Shown here piece after piece: positions 1 through 7,306 of a DNA stretch of 20,000 nt. Position numbers and translations under genes: made by a program. The notes beneath the pieces were generated by a model. The model ran no database searches. It was not told the origin of the DNA and worked only from the letters and a program-made list of their open reading frames with translations. Every line of letters starts with the position of its first letter. The stretch's first letter is position 1. Origin of the DNA: an uncultured virus (IMG/VR IMGVR_UViG_3300028895_001288) (taxonomy: Duplodnaviria; Heunggongvirae; Uroviricota; Caudoviricetes); the IMG/VR virus record IMGVR_UViG_3300028895_001288. One strand, written 5' to 3'.

Positions 1-1
1 G

Positions 2-505
2 CGCACCCACCTGATGACCCAGCTGCAGCCGCTCTCCCGTACGCACCGCGAGCGCACCCAGGTCGTGCGCGTGCCCGAGCGCGTCACCGCGGACCTCTAC
101 AAGATGAGGCAGGAGGAACAGCGCTTCAAGGATCAGTTCGGCCGCTCGGCCTCCGACAGCGAGCTGTCCTCGGCGACGGGCCTCTCCCGCAAGCGGCTCA
201 TGCATGTGCGCAAGTTCGCCCGGGGAGAGATGGCCGAGTCGGGCCTGGTGGGGGACGAGGGCGAGATCCTGTACCCCGGCGTGTCCAAGCCGGACCCCGA
301 GCAGGTGCTGATCGAGTACGTCCACCACGACCTGGACCCGATCGACCAGACCATCCTGGAGCATCGCTCCGGCCTGTACGGGAAGCCCGTTTTGAGCAAC
401 AATGATATCGCGGCGCGGTTAAGATTATCGCCGGGCGCCGTATCGCAGCGGGCGGCGAAGATCGCCAAGCGGATCAGCGAGTTGCGTGACCAGGGGGTCG
501 CCTGA
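2..505 (+). CDS. Sigma-70 family RNA polymerase sigma factor, C-terminal part (regions 2.4-4); 5'-truncated by the window edge
   Basis: Frame is open from base 2 (RTHL-MTQLQ...). VVRVPERV resembles the region 2.4/3 'TIRIP' motif, QFGRSASDSELSSATGLS resembles region 3 'LGREPTxxELA', and the region 4 HTH reads LDPIDQTILEHRSGL...SNNDIAARLRLSPGAVSQR. Confidence 0.85.
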   Translation, partial: RTHLMTQLQPLSRTHRERTQVVRVPERVTADLYKMRQEEQRFKDQFGRSASDSELSSATGLSRKRLMHVRKFARGEMAESGLVGDEGEILYPGVSKPDPEQVLIEYVHHDLDPIDQTILEHRSGLYGKPVLSNNDIAARLRLSPGAVSQRAAKIAKRISELRDQGVA

Positions 506-942
506 TGGCCATCGACAACCAGTTCGAGGACCTCGTCAACGCCCTGATCAGCGCGCAGAGCGCGGTGTCCGACGGCACGCGGGACGGCGGCCAGCGCAGG
601 TGGATGGACTACCTGGAGATCAAGGAGGCCGGCCAGTTCGATCTCGATGCCATCGCGGAGATCTTCTCACGGGCCGGCTTGAACGACACCTTCAGCAAGC
701 TGATGGGCACGGACGGGGCGCGCGTGAAGGAGTTCCACGCGTCCAAGCTGTCCAACGACTTCATGGCCGGGATGGAGCGCGACCACGTGGCCCGCGTGCG
801 CTCACGCGTCGCCACGATCATGCACGGCGCCTCCCGGTCCCGGGCGAACGGCAAGTCCACGGGCCCGCTGCGGCGCAACACCATTGACTTCATCACCCGC
901 GTGGTGGACGAGGATGACGCCACGGCCAGGGCGGAGAGCTGA
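505..942 (+). CDS. Hypothetical protein (145 aa, predicted helical)
   Basis: TGATG overlap with the sigma gene, high-GC codon pattern, and it ends 2 nt before the next start. Confidence 0.75.
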   Translation: MAIDNQFEDLVNALISAQSAVSDGTRDGGQRRWMDYLEIKEAGQFDLDAIAEIFSRAGLNDTFSKLMGTDGARVKEFHASKLSNDFMAGMERDHVARVRSRVATIMHGASRSRANGKSTGPLRRNTIDFITRVVDEDDATARAES

Positions 943-944
943 GC

Positions 945-1415
945 ATGGCCAGCACGAACTACACGGGACGGACGGTGGACCTGTTCATCTTCCAGGGGGC
1001 GCTGCCCGCCGGGGAGCAGCTGATCGAGACGGGCTTCGGCACTGCGGGCGAGGTCATCACCGGCATCCAGAAACTCGTGCAGTCGTTCACGACACTGTTC
1101 CTGACACGCATCGGCACCGTGAAGTACAACGCCTCGCTGGGCTCGGGTTTCATCGCGGCCATCCAACGCGGGCGCATCCGCGACGAGTCGGGCGCGCGCA
1201 CGGAGTTCGCGCTGGCCGCCGAGGACGTGCGCAAGATTCTGGCCGAAGATGCGGAGGCCAACAACCCGCCGGACGACGAGACGTATGCGGGCGCGGACCT
1301 GGAGAGTCTTGAATTAAACAGGGCTGAATCGTTGCTCGTGTTGAAGGTTCGCGTAAACTCCGTAGCGGGCGAGAGTCGTGAAGTTTTCCTCCCCGTGCCC
1401 CTGGCGATCAGGTAA
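945..1415 (+). CDS. Baseplate wedge protein, gp25/GpW-like
   Basis: 156 aa. ITGIQKLVQSFTTLFLTRIGTVKYNASLGSGF matches the gp25-type pattern (I..IL.T..GER...P.FGS), with C-terminal beta strands LLVLKVRVNSVAG. Lies upstream of the baseplate J-like gene. Confidence 0.7.
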   Translation: MASTNYTGRTVDLFIFQGALPAGEQLIETGFGTAGEVITGIQKLVQSFTTLFLTRIGTVKYNASLGSGFIAAIQRGRIRDESGARTEFALAAEDVRKILAEDAEANNPPDDETYAGADLESLELNRAESLLVLKVRVNSVAGESREVFLPVPLAIR

Positions 1416-1439
1416 AACGATCGCGCGGGCGCGTTACCA

Positions 1440-1480
1440 TCTCCTAAGGCCGGCTTCATAGCCCCCGGCCGGAAAGGAGA
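1440..1480 (+). promoter_or_regulatory. Strong SD (AAAGGAGA, 1473-1480) within a potential RBS-sequestering hairpin
   Basis: TCTCCT (1440-1445) is complementary to AGGAGA (1475-1480), and the inner stem GGCCGG (1448-1453) pairs with CCGGCC (1465-1470). Confidence 0.45.
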
Positions 1481-1484
1481 CACG

Positions 1485-1754
1485 ATGGGAGAGAAAGAAA
1501 AGGACCCCTTGTGGTACAGGGTGTTCCTGAAACTGGCCATACTCGCGGCCATCGCGGCGTTCCTGTACGGTTTCGTGGACGGATGGGTGTCCGCACGGGC
1601 CGAACGGCGTGAGAAGGTCATGGAGAGGATCAGGGAGGAGAACGAGCTGCGGCGCATGGAGTCCGAGCTGATGCGTCCACGCATGGGGCAGCTTCCACCC
1701 CCGCCTCCGCCCGCGTCCCCTCCGCCCGACAAGAAGGATCAGTGGATCTTCTAG
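1485..1754 (+). CDS. Small single-pass membrane protein with charged helix and polyproline tail
   Basis: Strong SD. Hydrophobic segment VFLKLAILAAIAAFLYGFV, an E/R-rich helix, then PPPPPPASPPP. Confidence 0.75.
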   Translation: MGEKEKDPLWYRVFLKLAILAAIAAFLYGFVDGWVSARAERREKVMERIREENELRRMESELMRPRMGQLPPPPPPASPPPDKKDQWIF

Positions 1755-1773
1755 GCCCGAGAGGGCTGGGCCC

Positions 1774-1799
1774 GGAAGGGCGCCCCCGGGCGCTTTTCC
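1774..1799 (+). terminator. GC-rich hairpin, possible weak intrinsic terminator or attenuator
   Basis: GCGCC-CCCG-GGCGC (1780-1793) is followed by TTTT. The stem can extend to 11 bp (1774-1784 with 1789-1799, two G-U pairs). The U-tract is short. Confidence 0.35.
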
Positions 1800-1818
1800 A
1801 TAGCTATCAGGCAGAGCC

Positions 1819-3468
1819 ATGTCCAGCGACTTGACAATCAACGACCTCGATTCGGACGACGTCCAACAGGCGGAAGGCTTCCTGGTGGACTTCCTGGCCA
1901 CGGAGTACCCGAGCCTGGACCTGACGGCCGGCAAGGTTCTGCGTGATCTTCTGATCCGCCCGAACGCGATCTTCCACTCGCTCAACCAGGAGGACATCGA
2001 CCGGCTGCGCAGGTCCATGAGCCTAAAAGCCATCGAGGAGGACCCCACCCTGGCCGACGACGACATCGTCGACGGGGTGCTCTCCAACTACCGCGTGGAG
2101 CGCGGCGAGGGCACCAAGGCCGAGGGGCAGGTCACCATCATCGTCGCCACGTTCACGACGACCACCGTCAGCGTGGGCACGGTCTTCACGGCCAACGGCG
2201 TCAACTTCGTCACCACCCAGACCTACAGCGGCGTGACGACGGCCGACGCCGTGGTCTCGGACCAGCAGAAGGAGATCCAGCCCAGGAGCGACGGCACGTA
2301 CGGTTTCACGATCCCCGTGGAGGCCGAGGAGGTGGGCGCCGTGGAGGTGCGGCGCAGCACGCGCTTCGCCGTGGTGCCCGAACCGGCGGGCCTGGTGGAC
2401 GCCGTCGCGGCGGAGGACTTCTCGGGCGGCTCGGACACCGAGACCAACTCGGAGCTGATCGAGCGGTTCAAACTGGGGATCTCCCCGTCCACGTTCGCCG
2501 GCCGCGTGCACATCCAGTCGCTGCTGCGGGAGGAGGTCCCGAACCTGCAGGCCAGTTCCATCACCGGCTTCGGCGACCCCGAGATGCTGCGGGACCGCCA
2601 CAACATCTTCGCCGTGTCGCAGGGCGGCAAGGCCGACATCTGGGCCCGGACGGGCACGCTGCCCACCACCCGCACGCTGACCAAGACGGCCACCCTGATC
2701 GACGCGGACAGCAAGACGTGGCAGGTTTCGATCCTGCGGGACGACGCGCCGGGCTTCTACACCGTGCCGTTCATCCTCCCGGAAGGGGCCGGCACGGACG
2801 AGAACACCTTTGAGATCACCGCGGAGACGCGGGGGATGGACCTGACCGCCGAGACGGGGGCGTTCGTGCCGGACGTGGACGACCTCGTCGAGGGCGGCTA
2901 CTCGCGGTACCAGACGGCGGTGCTGCAGTTCGTCGACCCGGACACGGACACCTCGGGCCTGACCGAGCACGAGTCCACCCAGACGGTCCAGGTGGGCGTG
3001 CTGGCGTTGCCCGACATCGACACGCTGCAGGCCCTGTCCAACGACCGGGACCGCCGCAACCCGCAGGCCGACTACCTGGTCAAGGCGCCGGTGCCGGCCT
3101 TCGTGGCGATCACGCTGACGGTCCAGTACAAGACCGACACCGAGGCGCCGGACGCCGACGCGATCAAGGAGTCGATCGCCGGCCGGGTCAACGACCTGGG
3201 CTTCGAGGTGGGCAAGCTGCCCTCCAGCATGGTCTACGACGCCGTACACAATGCCACTTCCGAGCTGGACGCGCTGGTGGTCGCGCCCATCGACATGTTC
3301 TGCCAGATCCGCAGGCCCGACGGGACCGTCGTCTCCATCCGCGACGGGAACGAGATCAGGATTCCCGACGAGCCGGAGCTGGGCGTGACCTCCCGCACGA
3401 CGATGTTCTACGTGGACGTGAGCGACATTGACGTGACCGTCGAACCGCTGCCGGTGCTGCCGGCGTGA
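1819..3468 (+). CDS. Baseplate J / T4 gp6-like wedge protein
   Basis: 549 aa. N-terminal LDLTAGKVLRDLLIRP, then VERGEGTKAEGQVTI...VGTVFTANGVNFVTT, IPVEAEEVG and FSGGSDTETNSELIERF, which are characteristic Baseplate_J motifs (GG.D.E.D..LR.R). Confidence 0.85.
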   Translation: MSSDLTINDLDSDDVQQAEGFLVDFLATEYPSLDLTAGKVLRDLLIRPNAIFHSLNQEDIDRLRRSMSLKAIEEDPTLADDDIVDGVLSNYRVERGEGTKAEGQVTIIVATFTTTTVSVGTVFTANGVNFVTTQTYSGVTTADAVVSDQQKEIQPRSDGTYGFTIPVEAEEVGAVEVRRSTRFAVVPEPAGLVDAVAAEDFSGGSDTETNSELIERFKLGISPSTFAGRVHIQSLLREEVPNLQASSITGFGDPEMLRDRHNIFAVSQGGKADIWARTGTLPTTRTLTKTATLIDADSKTWQVSILRDDAPGFYTVPFILPEGAGTDENTFEITAETRGMDLTAETGAFVPDVDDLVEGGYSRYQTAVLQFVDPDTDTSGLTEHESTQTVQVGVLALPDIDTLQALSNDRDRRNPQADYLVKAPVPAFVAITLTVQYKTDTEAPDADAIKESIAGRVNDLGFEVGKLPSSMVYDAVHNATSELDALVVAPIDMFCQIRRPDGTVVSIRDGNEIRIPDEPELGVTSRTTMFYVDVSDIDVTVEPLPVLPA

Positions 3469-3475
3469 GGATGCC

Positions 3476-4285
3476 ATGAACGCGAAAGCTTATCTCATCA
3501 AGCAGGCCGTCGAACCCATCGAGCTCCTCATGGGCGGCGGCACGTTGGGAGGTGGCTACCTGGCCGGCGAGTTGGCCGACGCGGGCGCGAACACGATGCT
3601 GAGCGACGTGGTGGCCCGTCAGATCGAGCGGTCCGCCGGCAAGATGTCGCCCAAGGAGCGGCGTGCCATACAAAAGGGCATTGGCGGGGTGAAGAAGGTA
3701 CCCGTGCATGTCGTGGGCCCGAAAAAGCTTCACCACGGCAGCGAATACTTCGCGGCCGTGCCCGGCAAAAAGGGTATCGGCGAGGTGGTGATAACGAAAC
3801 GCACGCCCGACTTCGTGTTGGCCCACGAGTTGGGGCACGCGAAGGTAAAGCCTACGTTCTTCAGCAAACGGATGTCGCGGTTGGAAGGATTATCCGAACG
3901 CCACGGCAAGATGTTGGGCGGCGGGGCCGGCGCGCTGTGGGCGGCACTCAGTGCCGACCCGGAAGAGAGCGCGCTGCGCACGGGCGTGGAAAGCGGCCTC
4001 AAGGGCGCGCTGACCGGCGTGGCGTCGCACGCGCCCATCCTCGCACACGAGGGGGCCGCATCGTTCCATGGCCTGCGCGGCATGGCTCGCGCGGGTGTGC
4101 CGTGGCGCAGCATGGCCCGTTCGGTACCCGGACTGGCCGCCCTGTTCGGCACGTACCTGGCTTCGGCCGCCCTACCTTCGGCGGGTGTCGCGGCCGGCGC
4201 GGGCCTGATCGCGCGCGAGGTCAAGAAGCGGCAGCTCAAGAGGGAGCTGCGCAAGGCTCGGCGGGAGGGCAAGCTTGGACGCTAA
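3476..4285 (+). CDS. Putative membrane-associated HExxH zinc metallopeptidase with the shared N-terminal leader (paralog 1)
   Basis: VLAHELGHA (HELGH at 3824-3838), downstream third-ligand-like HEGAASFHG, Gly/Ala-rich hydrophobic helices, very basic. Leader MNAKAYLIKQA, SD GAGG. Confidence 0.7.
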   Translation: MNAKAYLIKQAVEPIELLMGGGTLGGGYLAGELADAGANTMLSDVVARQIERSAGKMSPKERRAIQKGIGGVKKVPVHVVGPKKLHHGSEYFAAVPGKKGIGEVVITKRTPDFVLAHELGHAKVKPTFFSKRMSRLEGLSERHGKMLGGGAGALWAALSADPEESALRTGVESGLKGALTGVASHAPILAHEGAASFHGLRGMARAGVPWRSMARSVPGLAALFGTYLASAALPSAGVAAGAGLIAREVKKRQLKRELRKARREGKLGR

Positions 4286-4907
4286 AGCCTACCTGATCAA
4301 GCAGGCCACGACGGTCGGTCGCCTGGCACGCATCGCCAAGCGGCATGGCATACCACTGGTCGGCGACTGGCGCTACGCGGCCAAGCTGCTGGGTCGGCAG
4401 GCCACGCCCAAGGGCAAGGCGCATTACCGGCGCGCGGCCGGCCTGATCGAGCCGGGCGAACGAAAGATCCTGCGCCGCCTACAGGCGAAGACCAAGGACC
4501 CCTTGGCAGAGCTCGGCGTGCAGCGCCTGCCGGGGGAGCGCCGGCTCGGGGTCATGGGAGATCGTACCGGCTTGGAGGTGACTGAGGGTGCCGTGCGTAC
4601 GGTTCATACACACCCGGAAGCAGTGGAAAAGGTATTGGGGGTGGACCTTCCGCCTTTCAGGAGGAACCGGCTGGGGCAGGTGTTCCCCTCGAGCGGGCTG
4701 GACTACCGTTACAAGAAGTTCATGCCCAAGACGATTAGGGAAGCCATAGCGGACCTAAAGAAGGGACCCTACTTCTTCAAGCACGACCTGGGTGATCTGG
4801 AAGATAACTTAGGACTGACCCACGCCATCCTGGACCCGAGCACGGGCGTGCAGTCGGTGATAAAAGGTGGTCGGGGTAAGCTGAGAAGGCTGTTCTTCAA
4901 GGAGTGA
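4275..4907 (+). CDS. Basic protein with a JAB/MPN-like motif and the shared N-terminal leader
   Basis: TTG start after GGGAGGG, leader MDAKAYLIKQA. VHTHP (HTH at 4605-4613) ... FPSSGLD (S-x-x-D at 4692-4703) ... HAILD resembles the JAMM motif with a longer spacer. Confidence 0.55.
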   Translation: MDAKAYLIKQATTVGRLARIAKRHGIPLVGDWRYAAKLLGRQATPKGKAHYRRAAGLIEPGERKILRRLQAKTKDPLAELGVQRLPGERRLGVMGDRTGLEVTEGAVRTVHTHPEAVEKVLGVDLPPFRRNRLGQVFPSSGLDYRYKKFMPKTIREAIADLKKGPYFFKHDLGDLEDNLGLTHAILDPSTGVQSVIKGGRGKLRRLFFKE

Positions 4908-4909
4908 TG

Positions 4910-5674
4910 ATGAACCCGCGCGCGTACCTCTTGAAGAGGGCCAAGGACCTGGACGCGGATCTGTCCACGGCGGGCCAGCTCATGACCGGAAACGTGCTGG
5001 GTGGCATAGGGGGAGGCTTGGCTGCCGCCGGTTCAACAGGTCTCCTGGCAAAGGTGCTCATGCCGGGGCTGGGCAGCCTGGCCGGGCCCGTTTCTTCATC
5101 GGAGCGCAAGCAGCTTCAAAAGGCCATGGGCGTCAAGAAGGTGCCCGTGAAGACGCTCAACCCTTTCAAGATGCCCGTGGAAGGGGAGCACTTCGACCCA
5201 CAAGCAGGCAAGCGTGGAAAGGTGGTGATCTCCAAACGTTCGCCGGATTACATCCTGGCGCACGAGCTGGGCCACGCGCAGGACCCCGCCTGGACCAGCC
5301 CGAGGATGATGAGGGTTTACGACATCGCAAGGGATGTAGGAATTCCATTGGGCAGTCTGGCCGGTTCCATCTGGGCCGCGCACGGCGCGGACCCGGAGGA
5401 TAGCGTAGCCCGCACGGCAGTCGAGAGCGCGTTGAAAGGTGCCGCAGGTGGAACGGTCGGGTTCTCGCCCGTACTCGCCAGAGAGACGGTGGCATCCTTG
5501 CGGGGTTTCCAGGGGATGTACAACGCGGGCATGCCTTGGCATAGGATACTCCGGTCAGCGCCCGGTTTGGCAGTGGGCATCCTCACATACATAGCCACGG
5601 GGGCGCTACCCGCTGCCGGCGCGGCAGTGGGTACGGGCCTTGCCGCCAGAGAGCTGAAGAAAGAGGAAGACTAG
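4910..5674 (+). CDS. Putative membrane-associated HExxH zinc metallopeptidase with the shared N-terminal leader (paralog 2)
   Basis: ILAHELGHA (HELGH at 5261-5275) and RETVASLRG. Collinear with 3476..4285 (GVKKVPV, ADPE.S..RT.VES.LKGA, MPW..I.RS.PGLA). Start placed at ATG 4910 from the SD AAGGAG and the leader alignment; 4904 and 4907 are alternatives. Confidence 0.7.
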   Translation: MNPRAYLLKRAKDLDADLSTAGQLMTGNVLGGIGGGLAAAGSTGLLAKVLMPGLGSLAGPVSSSERKQLQKAMGVKKVPVKTLNPFKMPVEGEHFDPQAGKRGKVVISKRSPDYILAHELGHAQDPAWTSPRMMRVYDIARDVGIPLGSLAGSIWAAHGADPEDSVARTAVESALKGAAGGTVGFSPVLARETVASLRGFQGMYNAGMPWHRILRSAPGLAVGILTYIATGALPAAGAAVGTGLAARELKKEED

Positions 5675-7299
5675 TGTCTGAGCTGCCGGGATACCCGGAG
5701 AACGACCTCAACAACGGACGTGACCTGCTGGTCATGCTGGGCAGCTTCTGGTCCGAGCTGTTCGGTGACCGGGACATCCTGCAAACCCACCTGCAATCCT
5801 CCGCCCACGAGCAGGCCCAGACGCACCTGAACTATCTCGAGGCCGTGGCCAACGTTTCCCGCTTCACCATCCCGGTCTTCCACCGCGAGGACTGGCACCT
5901 GCTGACCTTCAAGCAGAGCGAGGCCAACGCGACGGCGAGCACGTACCGGGAAGGCGACCTGGTCTACGGGGAGCAGCCCGGCACGGTGGCGGGACGCGAC
6001 GCCGGCTTCGTGCAGACCTACGGCGGCACGGACCGCCCGGACCAGACGCGGGTGGTGCTGCCCGAGACCCTGGTCGACGCGCCCGTGACCCTCCAGAACC
6101 TGGTCATCGACCCCAGCCGCGTGTTGCTCAAGGACCTGGACTACGACATCGAGGAGCGCTACGGGAGCCGCGTGATGCGCTTCCGCGCCGACCCCTTCAC
6201 GGACGACCTGATCCCGCGGCGCGACGTGGTGGATGACGACGGCAACGTGGTGGACGTGGAGATCGCCCTGTGGATCTACGTCGGCGAGTTCGACCTGGAG
6301 TACGTCTACACCCAGTTCGGGTACGCCATCGGTCTGCAGCTGCCGTCCACCGAGTTCTACAAGCAGCTCCTCAACGCCATCTGGGACTCGCACGTGCTGG
6401 GCTTCTCAAGGGCCGGTATGGAGAGCTTCCTGTCCGCCGTGTCGGGCGCGCCGATCATACTGGGCGCGCGGGAGACGGTGGAGGTGATCCGCGACGAGGG
6501 TGACTCGACCCTGGTCGTGACCGATGCCAACGTTTATCGCGTGCCGGCTGGTGGCAACGTACTGTTGTCGGTGGGAACCACCTACCTGGCCGGTACGACG
6601 GTATCGGACATCTTCCAGATCAGGGAGCTGTCGGGTCACAGCCCGAGCTACGACCTGCTACCGGCCATGGCGTTCAGCAAGAGCCTGCTCAGCGGGCAGT
6701 TCATCTCCGAGCTGTTCATGGAGGACAAGCTCGCCGAGCTGTCGTACGAGGGGCTCGACGAGGACGGCAAGGCCATCGTGACCTTCGAGGTGTCCGGCTT
6801 CCCCAGCGACGTGGAAGCGTTCTGGGATGCGGTGCACGAGCGCGGCAAGGCGGATGGGCAGACGCTGGCCAACCTGCTAGACACGCGGGAGAATCCGGTG
6901 GGCGAGCCCGGCGAGAGTGACCTGCCGTCCACGGTGAACCCGCTGGAGTTCATGCTGGATAACCTGTTGAAGAACAACCTCTTCCTGCTGCGCGTGAAGC
7001 CCGGGGCGTTCGATCCCGACGCTCCCGGCTTGAGCCTGTTCAGCCGGCTGCGCGAGATCATGCCGCCGCACACGACGTATATCGTGTTCATTGAGGTGAC
7101 ACCTGACGCGGAGAGCGTTGACTTATCTCAGGCTGGCGGAGAAGATGAACCTGGTGCGGAGGTTAGCGCCGGTATGTTCCACGGGTCAGGGCTGCTGCTG
7201 GACGAGCTGTACGAGGGTACATCGGCTCCCGCAGGCGACGTGTTGACATACGATGAGGCGGTCGTGGCCGCGCGCCACGTTTCGTTCACCTGTCAATGA
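5674..7299 (+). CDS. Baseplate wedge/tail protein, P2 gpI / gp7-like partner of baseplate J
   Basis: 541 aa, acidic, GTG start overlapping the upstream TAG. Has YKQLLNAIW...SRAGMESFLSAVSG and C-terminal LREIMPPHTTYIVF (the 'I.PAH' motif typical of this class). Position in the baseplate operon supports the call. Confidence 0.55.
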   Translation: MSELPGYPENDLNNGRDLLVMLGSFWSELFGDRDILQTHLQSSAHEQAQTHLNYLEAVANVSRFTIPVFHREDWHLLTFKQSEANATASTYREGDLVYGEQPGTVAGRDAGFVQTYGGTDRPDQTRVVLPETLVDAPVTLQNLVIDPSRVLLKDLDYDIEERYGSRVMRFRADPFTDDLIPRRDVVDDDGNVVDVEIALWIYVGEFDLEYVYTQFGYAIGLQLPSTEFYKQLLNAIWDSHVLGFSRAGMESFLSAVSGAPIILGARETVEVIRDEGDSTLVVTDANVYRVPAGGNVLLSVGTTYLAGTTVSDIFQIRELSGHSPSYDLLPAMAFSKSLLSGQFISELFMEDKLAELSYEGLDEDGKAIVTFEVSGFPSDVEAFWDAVHERGKADGQTLANLLDTRENPVGEPGESDLPSTVNPLEFMLDNLLKNNLFLLRVKPGAFDPDAPGLSLFSRLREIMPPHTTYIVFIEVTPDAESVDLSQAGGEDEPGAEVSAGMFHGSGLLLDELYEGTSAPAGDVLTYDEAVVAARHVSFTCQ

Positions 7300-7306
7300 G
7301 GTGGCC

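Noticed and set aside
1485..1754. Definite holin or spanin call
   Set aside because: No adjacent endolysin and no embedded or overlapping lipoprotein ORF recognised, and topology alone is insufficient.
2023..3477. Long minus-strand and alternate-frame ORFs (e.g. 2023..3477, 9235..10368, 12634..13575, 14163..15029, 16519..17757)
   Set aside because: Shadow ORFs expected in high-GC coding DNA. They fully overlap coherent, coupled + strand genes and have R/G/H/V-biased, motif-free translations.
3476..3508. Shared leader as a Sec/Tat/lipoprotein signal or a repeated DNA regulatory site
   Set aside because: No hydrophobic h-region within the leader, no twin-arginine or lipobox, and the nucleotide differences are mostly synonymous, pointing to peptide-level selection.
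945..7299. Type VI secretion system
   Set aside because: No recognisable TssK/L/M/J, ClpV, Hcp or VgrG. The fibre-like genes and coupled sigma factor fit a phage tail better. An eCIS or tailocin remains formally possible.
7253..7306. Longer N-termini given by the ORF track (7253, 8287, 14025, 4904)
   Set aside because: Downstream ATGs (7307, 8296, 14088, 4910) have better SD spacing or coupling and align with family or leader N-termini.
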